Virus record (IMG/VR): IMGVR_UViG_3300045391_004375
Location: 1 to 64,000 of that record
DNA: 64,000 nucleotides
Source of the DNA: a virus
Lineage: Duplodnaviria > Caudoviricetes
Direction: 5' to 3' (one strand)
The notes beneath the pieces are model-generated. The model saw only the letters and a list, made by a program, of their open reading frames with translations. It was not told where the DNA came from and did no database searches. The position numbers and the translations under genes are program-made. Position 1 is the first letter of the stretch. The number at the start of each line of letters is the position of its first letter. Positions 28,013 to 37,119 of this stretch are shown piece by piece.

Positions 28013-28456
28013 CCCCGAACCGGCCCGCCTGAACCAGCCGACTGCACCGACCGAACCCAAGCAGAAGGGCCCCGGACCACTTCTCCCTCAAGGCCGCCAC
28101 CACACGGCACAGGGAGCAGATCCGGGGCCCTTCGCCGTCCGCCGGCATGCCCACCGAAGTGGTGCGCCTCGCGGGCCCTTTGCGGTCGAGCGTAACAGCT
28201 TCCCCCGCCCCGCAGCGAGTGTCCGACCATTTCCTGCGGGCGCCCCTACGGGCATCTCAGCCGCACCACCCGTCACACCAGCCCAACAGGTAGATGACTG
28301 TGGATGTACGGCGCGGAAACTGTGCGTGGATGGATTCTTGCGCCGTGATCGGCCCAGGGTCTATGCTCACGATCTCCCCGGTGTGTGGTGCGCAATCCGC
28401 CGACGCTACCCACCGATCCTGGCGTGGAAACATCCTGAACGGAGTGTGCGCTGACC

Positions 28457-28738
28457 ATGCCCACCATTACCCCGCTGCTACCGCCCCGGGCCCCCCAGTT
28501 CTCCGGCGCCCGGCTGCGGGCCGCCCGCCGGGCAGCCGGCCTGAGCGCCATCGGCCTGGCCGGGAAAATCGGCCGGGACGTGTCCACCATCGTGCGCTAC
28601 GAGCGGGGCCGGTGCAGCCCGTCCGCCGACGTCCTCGGCGCCCTGTCGGTGGTGCTCGACGTGGCCATCGACGCCCTGTACGAGCGGCCGGCCGAGCGGT
28701 CCGGCGGCCGACTGGTCGACCACCCGCAGGGGCGGTAA
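28457..28738 (+). CDS. XRE/Cro-family HTH regulator
   Basis: RLRAARRAAGLS..LAGKIG..STIVRYERG..PSADVL..LSVVL. Confidence 0.85.
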   Translation: MPTITPLLPPRAPQFSGARLRAARRAAGLSAIGLAGKIGRDVSTIVRYERGRCSPSADVLGALSVVLDVAIDALYERPAERSGGRLVDHPQGR

Positions 28739-28843
28739 CGCCCCCCACGGACCCCACTCGGCCCGGTCCGGCCGCCGCCCGTCTCGCCTCCCCAGCCTGA
28801 CGGGCGGCACCCCACAACGCTTCTTGCGACGGGAGCAGCATAG

Positions 28844-29848
28844 ATGAACGAGCACAACCCCGCATCGGATCTTGCGCAGGAGCTGCGCTCGGCCGCGCTC
28901 GCCTACGCGATCATCGGCTGGCCGGTGTTCCCGCTCGTGCCCGGCGGCAAGGTGCCGCTGTACCACAGCCCGCACCGGGCCGGCAGTGCCGCGCGGGCCG
29001 CCTGCGGCGGCCGGTGGTCCGCCGCCGGCTGCGGGCGGGACGGCCACGGCGTCCTCGACGCCAGCCTGGACCCCGACGTGATCAACACCTGGTGGGATCG
29101 GGCCCCCCACGCCAACATCGGTGTCGCCTGCGGGTTGACCACGGTGTCCGTGCCCGGCCTGGACCCGATCCGGGAAGGCCCCGACGTGGTGGACATCGAC
29201 GTCAAACATGGGGCGCCCGGCCTGGCGTCTCTCGAACGGCTGCACCAGCTCGGCCTGGTGCGGGAGCCTATAGCCCTGGCCCGGACCGGGTCCGGCGGCT
29301 GGCACCTGTTCTTCGACGGCTCCCGGCAGGGCAACGGCTCGATCCGGGGCAAGGGGGTCGACTTCCGTTCGGCCGGCGGGTACGTGGTGGCCGCCCCGTC
29401 GGTGGTCACCCTCGAAGAGGCCGCCATCGAACCGACCGGCGGGCATGTCAGCTTCGGGTACCGGCAGGCCGCCTACCGCTGGGAGCGGTGGAACCTCAGC
29501 CGGTCCAGCAGTGTGTCCTGGTCGGCGATCAAAGACGCCCTGGCCGACCCGCGACCGTACCGGCCGCCCCGCTTCGACGCCGACCTGGGCGGACCGACGG
29601 ATCTTGCGCACCTGCCGTTGTGGCTGCAAACCCAGGCCGTGGGCAACCGCAACAACGCCTTGCACTGGGCGTGGTGCGCCGCCCTGGAGGGGGGTGCTTC
29701 CCGGGAGCTGCTTGACACCCTGGAGTCGACGGCCTACCTGATCGGGCTGTCCGCCAGCGAGGTGCGTAAGACGGTCGACTCGGCCACCCGTCGGGTGCTG
29801 AGCCTCGGCACCGCAGGCCGCCGGCAGGGCCAGCGGGGGGCCCGGTGA
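28844..29848 (+). CDS. bifunctional DNA primase/polymerase (prim-pol)
   Basis: GWPVFPL..GKVP..WW..ANIGVACG..VVDIDVK..RTGSGGWHLFF..DFR..GGYVVAAPS. Confidence 0.9.
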   Translation: MNEHNPASDLAQELRSAALAYAIIGWPVFPLVPGGKVPLYHSPHRAGSAARAACGGRWSAAGCGRDGHGVLDASLDPDVINTWWDRAPHANIGVACGLTTVSVPGLDPIREGPDVVDIDVKHGAPGLASLERLHQLGLVREPIALARTGSGGWHLFFDGSRQGNGSIRGKGVDFRSAGGYVVAAPSVVTLEEAAIEPTGGHVSFGYRQAAYRWERWNLSRSSSVSWSAIKDALADPRPYRPPRFDADLGGPTDLAHLPLWLQTQAVGNRNNALHWAWCAALEGGASRELLDTLESTAYLIGLSASEVRKTVDSATRRVLSLGTAGRRQGQRGAR

Positions 29849-31158
29849 CCGGACCGGCGGGTGACGACGAGCTGGGCTGGAACAACCCGGAGCCGTTCGA
29901 TGTGGCCAGCCTGCTGGACCAGCCACCCAGCGATGGGGAAGCCCAGGCGGCCCAGGCGGCCAGCGACGCCGACCAGGTGGCGGCCCGGCGGATCCTCACC
30001 GAACAGGCCATGTACGAGCAGGAGCGGGCGCGGCGGCGGGCGCGGCGGCGCCTCGATGTGGAGGAGCTGGCCGACCAGGTGGCAGCCCGTCGGCTGCGCA
30101 TCGTGGACGGCTGGGCGTTCCTGGCCGAAGAGGAAGAGGAGAAGCTGGCCATCTGGGGGGACGGGGACCGGTGGGCGTGGGCGCCCGGGGAGCCGCTGAT
30201 GCTGTTCGGCGGTAACGGCGTGTTCAAGTCGACCCTGTCGCATCTGCTGGTGTTCGCCCGGCTGGGCCTGCTCGGGGTGGATGGCGCGCCACGTACTGAC
30301 CACGGGGTGGTGTCGCCGGACGCGCCGGTGGAGTTGTGGGCGCGGGTGTTGGACATGCCGGTGCAGCCGGTCACCGGGAAGGTGCTGTACCTGGCCGGGG
30401 ACCGGCCGAAGCAGATCAAGCGGGCGATGCGCCGGTTGCGTCGCAACTGGATGCAGGAAATCTTGCATGACCGCCTGGTGGTGCACGAGGGGCCGCTGCC
30501 GTTCGAGATCACCGACAGCAAGGACGCCCTGGCCGACCTGGCCGAGCGGTACGGCGCGACCGACGTGTTCGTGGACAGCATCAAGGACTACTGCTCGAAG
30601 CCGTCGGACGAGGAAGTCGCCAACGGGTACAACCGGGCCAGGCAGGAGTGTGTGGCCCGGGGCATGCAGTGGGTGGAAGACCACCACAACCGCAAGCAGC
30701 AACAGGGCCAGGGCCGCACCAACACGATCGAAGACGTGTACGGCAACCGCTGGCTGACCGCCGGGGCCGGCTCGATCCTGTCGCTGTGGGTGGAGAACGA
30801 CGGCACACCGGTGGTCGACGTGAAGCAGATCAAAAGCCCCGGCGAGCTGATCCCGCACCTGAAAGTGACGGTGGATCGGCGCACCGGCCTGATGTCGGGC
30901 GGGTCGAGGATGCCGTCGGACCCGACAGCGTTCATCCGGGGTGCCGGGCCGCGCGGCGTGACGGTCGCCGAGTACGCCTCCTTCACCGGACAGACTGACA
31001 ATTCCGCACGGAACGTACTGAACGGGCGAGTCAAGGCAAAGACGCTGGAAGTTGCCCCAGATGCTGGCGACGGCCTCAAGCGGTTCCGGACAGTTCTGGG
31101 CGTAGTGCCCGAGAAACCACAAAACGTGTGGCAACAGGATGGGCTAGGAGATTTCTAG
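29845..31158 (+). CDS. RecA/AAA-type replicative helicase with C-terminal wHTH
   Basis: GGNGVFKST Walker A, VFVDS Walker B, HHNRK. Confidence 0.8.
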   Translation: MTGPAGDDELGWNNPEPFDVASLLDQPPSDGEAQAAQAASDADQVAARRILTEQAMYEQERARRRARRRLDVEELADQVAARRLRIVDGWAFLAEEEEEKLAIWGDGDRWAWAPGEPLMLFGGNGVFKSTLSHLLVFARLGLLGVDGAPRTDHGVVSPDAPVELWARVLDMPVQPVTGKVLYLAGDRPKQIKRAMRRLRRNWMQEILHDRLVVHEGPLPFEITDSKDALADLAERYGATDVFVDSIKDYCSKPSDEEVANGYNRARQECVARGMQWVEDHHNRKQQQGQGRTNTIEDVYGNRWLTAGAGSILSLWVENDGTPVVDVKQIKSPGELIPHLKVTVDRRTGLMSGGSRMPSDPTAFIRGAGPRGVTVAEYASFTGQTDNSARNVLNGRVKAKTLEVAPDAGDGLKRFRTVLGVVPEKPQNVWQQDGLGDF

Positions 31159-31229
31159 ACCTTTACCGGCATGAACGGCGTTAGTTTCGCTGACCAGGGA
31201 GTTTGTGGATGTGTAGCGTGCCTACCGGC

Positions 31230-31404
31230 TCACACTTTGTTGCACACGCAACTACATGTGCAAGATCACACACTGATCACACGGATCTTGCTAAAACCGC
31301 TGACCAACACATGTCACACACACGTCACACACCCCCCACACGCACACTCACACGTGGGGGGGGGTCTTTAATACCCCCCACGCGTGTGCCGGTGTGTGAT
31401 CTTG
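31230..31404. other. putative replication origin
   Basis: directly after prim-pol/helicase; CA-rich strand asymmetry; 13-bp inverted repeat 31261-31273/31392-31404; hairpin 31349-31388. Confidence 0.45.
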
Positions 31405-31415
31405 GATAGGAGAAG

Positions 31416-31799
31416 ATGTTGACTGAGCAACAAAAATTGTCACCCGACCTGGCGGCTCGGGTGTTCGACGCTTCCAAGCCGCTGATCTTCGTGGGGCACG
31501 ACGGCCCACTAGGTGATCTTTACCGGCGGGACAAGATCCTTTTTTCGCTGCCCAGCCTGTACGACTCGATGCCCCGGCGCCTGCTCGCCGCCCTGCGGGC
31601 CCGACGCAAGACCAACACCACCGGGCGGTGCCCCATGTGCGACGCCTGCGTCGACATCCATCAACCCGGCCACATCGCTCACGAGACCTTCTGCGAAGCT
31701 ACCGACGAGCCGGTCAAAAACATGCTTCTCAACTGGTACCGCACAAATCACCGTAATTTGGGGCGTCGATTGATGGAAGATCCAACCAGGCCGAGTTAG
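31416..31799 (+). CDS. hypothetical protein with Zn ribbon
   Basis: AGGAG RBS; CPMC..HETFC. Confidence 0.6.
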   Translation: MLTEQQKLSPDLAARVFDASKPLIFVGHDGPLGDLYRRDKILFSLPSLYDSMPRRLLAALRARRKTNTTGRCPMCDACVDIHQPGHIAHETFCEATDEPVKNMLLNWYRTNHRNLGRRLMEDPTRPS

Positions 31800-31842
31800 T
31801 TTCATGGCTTTACTTACTTAGTTAGTTTCATGGCTTTACTTA
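31794..31842. repeat. AT-rich 23-bp direct repeat x2
   Basis: AGTTAGTTTCATGGCTTTACTTA at 31794-31816 and 31820-31842. Confidence 0.9.
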
Positions 31843-31902
31843 ATTGACGGTCGCGTGCGTGCTACCGTGTCACCCGAATCGCGTAGGCTCGACCACCACC
31901 GA

Positions 31903-32841
31903 ATGGAGCGCACCGTGACCCGACCCGACGGCGAGCCCGACTCGCCCGACACCGAAGACGCCGACGGCACCGACGACCACCCGGCCGAAGAGACCATCGA
32001 ATTCACCCCCGACCAGTCCCGGCACGTCGCCCGCGCCATCGCCGTCAGCGCGCTGATCGTCCTGCTGTACGGCTGCGCCAACTTCACAGCCGGCATCGCC
32101 ACCACCATCGTCGACCCCTACGCCCGTGGGGCGTGGTCAGCGCTGGTGCTGCTCGCCGCCGCCGTCCTCGGCCTGATCAACCTGTGGGTGGTGCTGCGGA
32201 TTGCCCGCGCCATCGTCCGGCGCGGCGGGACAGCCGTCGCCGCCGACATCGGCCTGTACTACGTCCAGCAGCGGCGGGAACTGCACCGCCTCCGTGGTCA
32301 GCTCCTCGCGGAGCAGGCCGCCCGCCGCGCCGATCAGCACAACTTCCAGACGTGGCGCGCCGACGCGGCCAAGCGGGACAGCTGGGTGGCCGAGTGGGAC
32401 CGGCAGGGCAACGTGACGTACCTCGGTCCGGTCCAAAAACCCGCTGAGAGCCCCCAGGAGCGTTTCGGGGGTACTGCACCCCCCGGGGAGGCCGGTTCGG
32501 CCGCCAGCGACGCGCACAGCGGGCGCGCGGGGCATCCTGAAGGCGACCCCACCCCCACCTTCGACCCGGACAGCCCCCCCGATCCGCCGTCGCACCACCG
32601 CACCGACGACGGCCCCAACGCCTGGACCGAAGGCTGGACGGCCGGTGCCCGCGCCGCCCTGCACCACCAGCAGGGCCGGGAAGTGGCCGCCCTCCGCGAC
32701 CGGGCCGACGCCAACGCGCAGGCGATGGCCCAGCTCAACCAGGACATCGAGCGGGCCATCACCGACCCCGACACGCGGGTCAAGCGGGGCCGGCCCACCC
32801 GGCACGACCGTCTCGAAGACTGGCAGCGGGGCCAACTGTGA
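31903..32841 (+). CDS. membrane protein with coiled-coil C-terminus
   Basis: two TM then coiled coil. Confidence 0.6.
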   Translation: MERTVTRPDGEPDSPDTEDADGTDDHPAEETIEFTPDQSRHVARAIAVSALIVLLYGCANFTAGIATTIVDPYARGAWSALVLLAAAVLGLINLWVVLRIARAIVRRGGTAVAADIGLYYVQQRRELHRLRGQLLAEQAARRADQHNFQTWRADAAKRDSWVAEWDRQGNVTYLGPVQKPAESPQERFGGTAPPGEAGSAASDAHSGRAGHPEGDPTPTFDPDSPPDPPSHHRTDDGPNAWTEGWTAGARAALHHQQGREVAALRDRADANAQAMAQLNQDIERAITDPDTRVKRGRPTRHDRLEDWQRGQL

Positions 32842-33107
32842 CCACCAACCTGTGGTGGCGGCCCAGCGTCCCGCCGCCACCCGCCCACACCTTCGACATG
32901 ATCTTGCGACGCATCGTGGAGCAGCACTACCTTCACGGCACCCTCCACGTCGGCGTGGAGCTGGAGTTGGGCAAAGAGGACATCCCCTTCTTCGAGGGGG
33001 TTCAAGCCGGTGCCAGGCAGAATCCAACCCTGGCCCAGGCCGCCCACGAGGTGGTCACCGCCATCCGCGAACACGGTTCGATCATCGTCTGGACGGGGAC
33101 CACCTGA
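32838..33107 (+). CDS. hypothetical protein
   Basis: operonic overlaps. Confidence 0.55.
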   Translation: MTTNLWWRPSVPPPPAHTFDMILRRIVEQHYLHGTLHVGVELELGKEDIPFFEGVQAGARQNPTLAQAAHEVVTAIREHGSIIVWTGTT

Positions 33108-33523
33108 TGGCCCTCGCCACCCTGCGCGCCACCGTGCGCACCACCGCCACCCTCACGGTCGTCGCCGCCGCAGCCGTCGGCGCCCTCTGGGCCGTCGGCC
33201 AGTACAGCGACCGCGACCAGGTGTACCTCTCCGCCGACTGGGCCACCGACCAGCCCAACCCCGACAAAGCGCGCGGCAACAAAGCCTTCATCGTCTGGTC
33301 CGAAGGCGGCAAAACCCACCCCGACGTCGGAGCCGGCGGCCACTGGTCCCGCACCGTCTACGGGCGCGGCAAAGTCAACACCATGAGCGTCCAGGTCACC
33401 ACCTGGGGCGACGTGAAAACGACCTGCTCGATCAGCGGCCCCTACGACCCGCCGGTCCAACACACGGGCGCCGGATACGCCAACTGCTCGACCACCATCC
33501 ACCTGCCGAAATGGAAACCCTGA
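33107..33523 (+). CDS. membrane-anchored beta-rich (MmpS-like) protein
   Basis: N-terminal TM; TCSISG..ANC cysteine pair. Confidence 0.55.
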   Translation: MALATLRATVRTTATLTVVAAAAVGALWAVGQYSDRDQVYLSADWATDQPNPDKARGNKAFIVWSEGGKTHPDVGAGGHWSRTVYGRGKVNTMSVQVTTWGDVKTTCSISGPYDPPVQHTGAGYANCSTTIHLPKWKP

Positions 33524-33525
33524 CC

Positions 33526-33705
33526 ATGATCGTCAAGATGATCATGTTCGGCGCCGTGCTCGCCTGCGGCGTCTTCGGTGGCATCACCGTGCACGCCATC
33601 CAGGTCGACGAATGGGGCGTGGCGGTGTGGTCAGCCCCGACCGCACTGTTCGCCGGACTCACCGCGTGGGCCTGCCGGCCCCGACGCAACGGAGGTAGTC
33701 GATGA
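33526..33705 (+). CDS. small membrane protein
   Basis: two TM. Confidence 0.55.
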   Translation: MIVKMIMFGAVLACGVFGGITVHAIQVDEWGVAVWSAPTALFAGLTAWACRPRRNGGSR

Positions 33706-33857
33706 AGACCTTCGCTACCCTGCTGTGGGCCGGGGCCGGCGGCCTCGGCGCGGTCGCCCTGTTCGCGATGCTGCTCGGCGCCTGGGGTACCGCCGCCGTC
33801 GCCCTGCTGGGCACGGTCGCGGTGGCCAGCCTCGCCAACCACGTGGGCCGCTCGTGA
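33702..33857 (+). CDS. small membrane protein
   Basis: two TM, GGAGG RBS. Confidence 0.6.
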   Translation: MKTFATLLWAGAGGLGAVALFAMLLGAWGTAAVALLGTVAVASLANHVGRS

Positions 33858-34012
33858 GCGCCAACCTGCTCGGCCTCGTCGGGGTCGCGCTGGTCGCGCT
33901 CGCCGTGCTGGCCCTCGCGCTCGACCGGGGCGACGTGGCCCTGGTGCTCGGCCCCGGTGGCCTGTTCGCGATAGCCGTCTCCTACAAGGTCAACCGCAAC
34001 CGCCACCAATAA
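33854..34012 (+). CDS. small membrane protein
   Basis: two TM. Confidence 0.55.
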   Translation: MSANLLGLVGVALVALAVLALALDRGDVALVLGPGGLFAIAVSYKVNRNRHQ

Positions 34013-34179
34013 GGCCGACAGGCAAGTTGCCATTCGGCTGGCATCCGGATGGCTAAAATGATGACTTACGTCACACCTGAACGGGTGAACCGTTCCGACA
34101 ACTTGATTGGCGTCGGTAGCTGTCCGGCCGGTACGATGCCTGCCGTACGCTCCACCACCACACACCGTAAGGAGCAGTT

Positions 34180-34329
34180 GTGATCAAGTTCGTGCTCATC
34201 GTGATCGCGTTCGTGGCCCTCGTCGTCGCCGCCGGCCGGCTCGCCACCGGGGACGTCACCACTGCCGAAATCGTCGGCGGCGTCGGCATCGTGGCCGGCA
34301 TCGGCTCGTTCTTCGCCGGCCGGAAGTGA
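34180..34329 (+). CDS. small membrane protein
   Basis: AAGGAG RBS, two TM. Confidence 0.6.
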   Translation: MIKFVLIVIAFVALVVAAGRLATGDVTTAEIVGGVGIVAGIGSFFAGRK

Positions 34330-34331
34330 CC

Positions 34332-34493
34332 ATGAAGAACGCGTTTGGCCTGTTCTCCCTGGCCGTGGCGTTGGTCGGGGTGCTCCTGCTGACCCAGACC
34401 GACCACTTCATGCTGGGCCTGGTGCTCGCCGCCATCGGGGCGGTCCTGGCCATCATCTACGGCATGATCACTACCAACACCCACGGCGAGTAG
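34332..34493 (+). CDS. small membrane protein
   Basis: two TM. Confidence 0.6.
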   Translation: MKNAFGLFSLAVALVGVLLLTQTDHFMLGLVLAAIGAVLAIIYGMITTNTHGE

Positions 34494-34495
34494 CC

Positions 34496-34681
34496 ATGGA
34501 CATCCACGACAGCCTCACCTACGCCACGCTGATGTTCGCGCTGGTGGTGGGGGTCATCTCCGGCATCGCGGGCGGGTTCCTGGTGCACAGCATGGGCATC
34601 CGGGGCCGGTGGGCAGTGCTGTGCGGCCTGTTGTGCGCAGGGACGGGCGCCCTGCTGGTGATCTACCTGTTCACGGCCTGA
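34496..34681 (+). CDS. small membrane protein
   Basis: two TM. Confidence 0.6.
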   Translation: MDIHDSLTYATLMFALVVGVISGIAGGFLVHSMGIRGRWAVLCGLLCAGTGALLVIYLFTA

Positions 34682-34696
34682 CGAGGAGAAACGATC

Positions 34697-34882
34697 ATGC
34701 CCGATGAGGGGCCCCACCCGCTGGCCGGGATGAAGGTCACTGCCGCCCTACTGAGGGATGCCGGCTGGCCGGAGCCGGTGCGTGCCGGAGACCCGGTACC
34801 TCCGGGCGTATCGGAGTTCCTGCGGCGTCGGTACGACGAGGGTTGGCGGCCGGAGTCCAGCACGCCAGACACACTGCGGTAG
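34697..34882 (+). CDS. hypothetical protein
   Basis: GAGGAG RBS. Confidence 0.55.
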   Translation: MPDEGPHPLAGMKVTAALLRDAGWPEPVRAGDPVPPGVSEFLRRRYDEGWRPESSTPDTLR

Positions 34883-34912
34883 TTCTGTGGCGCATGGTGT
34901 AGGGTGCGCCAC

Positions 34913-35845
34913 GTGACTGTCGCTATCCCTACACCAGCGCCCGACCAGCATAGGACTCTCTTCGACGCCCTGAAGAACGAGGACGAGAACGGCGAGTGGT
35001 GGTCCGCTCGCGATCTCATGCCCCTTTATGGTTACGGACGGTGGGACAAGTTCTCCACCATCATAGAGAGAGCTATCACTGCTTGCGGCCGATCTGGCAA
35101 CAGCGTGAGCAGCAATTTCGTTCCTACCAAGTTTGTAGATAAGGCTAGACACCGCAAACCCGACTTCCAGCTTACCCGTTACGCTGCGTATCTAGTTGCC
35201 ATGGAGGGTGACCCGTCCAAGACGGAGATCGCTCAGGCCAAAACCTATTTCGCTGTTCAGACTCGTCGGGCCGAGGTGGTACTGGATGGGCTAGACACCG
35301 ACTTCTCGGTGATGGTCCAGCAGATCGCCGAAATGCAGCGGCTCCGCAATGATCAGCGGCGGCTCCGCATCGAGCAGGACGCCCAACGGGACCGACTCGA
35401 TCACCATGGACGCCAGATCAACGAGACCCGCGCCCAGGTCGAAGAGGCGCAGCAGGCCTTGGACGATGCAAGGCAGGCCTTGGTGGTCACCCAGCGCGAG
35501 GCCGAACGAGTCAAGCGTGAGATGGCTGACCTGGTCGAACGCCTCAGCGATGTTGAGCACACCACGCCACTGAAGGACAACACCAGGCTGCACAGCATGA
35601 AAGAGGCTGCGCAGCTTCTCGAATACGGCCAGAACGACTTCCACAAGCTGTGTCGGGATCTTGGTGTCATCTATCCGGACCCTGAGGGTGGCTACAAGAT
35701 CTATCAGCGGTACATGAACGAGGGGTGGGGCGAGGCCCGCTGGCTGGAGTGGCCCAACGGCAAGGGGCACTCCTGGGTGGTCAGGCTGACCGGTAAGGGA
35801 ATCATCAAGATCAAGCGCATGATCGAAGAGGGTCGACTCTTTTGA
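34913..35845 (+). CDS. antirepressor (BRO-N/DinD-like N-terminus, coiled coil, KilAC-like C-terminus)
   Basis: WSARDLMPLYGY..WDKF..LTRYAAYLVAMEGDP; C-terminal SMKEAAQLL..VRLTGKG; lower GC; TAGGGT -10 suggests leaderless start. Confidence 0.8.
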   Translation: MTVAIPTPAPDQHRTLFDALKNEDENGEWWSARDLMPLYGYGRWDKFSTIIERAITACGRSGNSVSSNFVPTKFVDKARHRKPDFQLTRYAAYLVAMEGDPSKTEIAQAKTYFAVQTRRAEVVLDGLDTDFSVMVQQIAEMQRLRNDQRRLRIEQDAQRDRLDHHGRQINETRAQVEEAQQALDDARQALVVTQREAERVKREMADLVERLSDVEHTTPLKDNTRLHSMKEAAQLLEYGQNDFHKLCRDLGVIYPDPEGGYKIYQRYMNEGWGEARWLEWPNGKGHSWVVRLTGKGIIKIKRMIEEGRLF

Positions 35846-36597
35846 CGTCCGTCAAAGCGGCCCCCCGGGTCCAGATCGGGGCGTCCGACGGCCGGTGGCT
35901 CGCCGCCGCCGGCAAAGGCCACGACGCCCGGCCGGGCCAGGCCTACCCGTGCCGGTGCGACGAAGACGACCCCAACCCGCCCGCCTGGGCGAAAGGCGCA
36001 CTGCCGGTGTGCCGGCCCTGGCAGCTCACCAAAGGCCCCCGTACCGGCCAGTGGTCCAGCAAATGCCCCTGCTGGGGCCAGGAGATCGACCCGGCCACCC
36101 CTGAAGCCTGCTGTCGTCGGCACGAAGGCAATCCGTGGTACGGGCCGCGCTGGAGCCCCCTCACCCGGGCCGCCGGGGTCGTCCGCGACCCGGACACCGG
36201 CGCCGAGGTGGCCGCCGAACCAGCCGAGCTGATCGAGCCGATCGACACCCCCGTAGTGGTCGGCCCGGACATCGTCGACCTGCCGGACCACGACGTCGAC
36301 CCCCGCTACGTGCAGCCGAAGCCGTATGTGCGCCGCTGGACGCACGACGAACTGCACTGCGGCTGCCCCACCCCGTGGGACGGCATCCCCACCGGCGGCG
36401 GCAAGACCGGCAAGACCTCGAACGTGGGCCACCATTGCACGAACTGCCACCAGAACTTCCGCAACACCCAGGTCGCGCAGTTGCACCAGCGGTGGGTGAC
36501 CGACCGGTGCAAGCCGGCTGAGTCCATTGTGGACTGTGATACGGGGGTGCCGCTGCTGCGGCCGGGCGTGGTGGCTGGCCTGGTCGTGTGGGGCTGA
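35842..36597 (+). CDS. Cys/His-rich Zn-binding phage protein
   Basis: CRC, CPCWG, HCGC, HCTNCHQNF..LH. Confidence 0.6.
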   Translation: MTSVKAAPRVQIGASDGRWLAAAGKGHDARPGQAYPCRCDEDDPNPPAWAKGALPVCRPWQLTKGPRTGQWSSKCPCWGQEIDPATPEACCRRHEGNPWYGPRWSPLTRAAGVVRDPDTGAEVAAEPAELIEPIDTPVVVGPDIVDLPDHDVDPRYVQPKPYVRRWTHDELHCGCPTPWDGIPTGGGKTGKTSNVGHHCTNCHQNFRNTQVAQLHQRWVTDRCKPAESIVDCDTGVPLLRPGVVAGLVVWG

Positions 36598-36647
36598 GTG
36601 TCCGGTATGCTGGTCGTGCCGAATCCACCACCACCCTCGGAGTGATC

Positions 36648-36782
36648 ATGATTTTCGTCGGCTTCGTGCTGATCGCGATCTCATTCCTGTGCACCTGGCT
36701 TGGCCAGCCGCTTTGGGTCATCGTTGGCTGCGCTGCCCTGGGTCTCCTGCTGATCTGCCTGCGCGTCATTGCGCGTCGCTGA
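36648..36782 (+). CDS. small membrane protein
   Basis: two short TM. Confidence 0.5.
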   Translation: MIFVGFVLIAISFLCTWLGQPLWVIVGCAALGLLLICLRVIARR

Positions 36783-36829
36783 CCCATCCCGGAATCGGAC
36801 ACTGGGGACGGTGTGCTAGACTGTCGCCC

Positions 36830-37114
36830 ATGGCATCCGACAACGCGCAGCGAGCCGCACTCCAGCGCCTACAGCATGCCGGTGACGAACAGCTCCTCAC
36901 CCCCACCGACGTGGCGGCAGTCTTCCGGGTCGACCCGAAGACCGTCACCCGGTGGGGCGCCGCCGGCAAGCTCCCCTGCATCAAGACCCCCGGCGGACAC
37001 CGCCGGTTCCGGGTCGCCGACATCCGGGCCGCCCTCCAGGAAGACGGATCCGGTACGACCGGCTCAACTGCGACCGGCTCAACACCCACCACGCCCACCA
37101 CGCCCAGGAGCTGA
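36830..37114 (+). CDS. bldC: BldC-family (MerR-like/excisionase HTH) regulator
   Basis: LLTPTDVAAVFRVDPKTVTRWGAAGKLPCIKTPGGHRRFR, close to actinomycete BldC; extended -10 TGcTAGACT 7 nt upstream. Confidence 0.8.
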   Translation: MASDNAQRAALQRLQHAGDEQLLTPTDVAAVFRVDPKTVTRWGAAGKLPCIKTPGGHRRFRVADIRAALQEDGSGTTGSTATGSTPTTPTTPRS

Positions 37115-37119
37115 CTACG

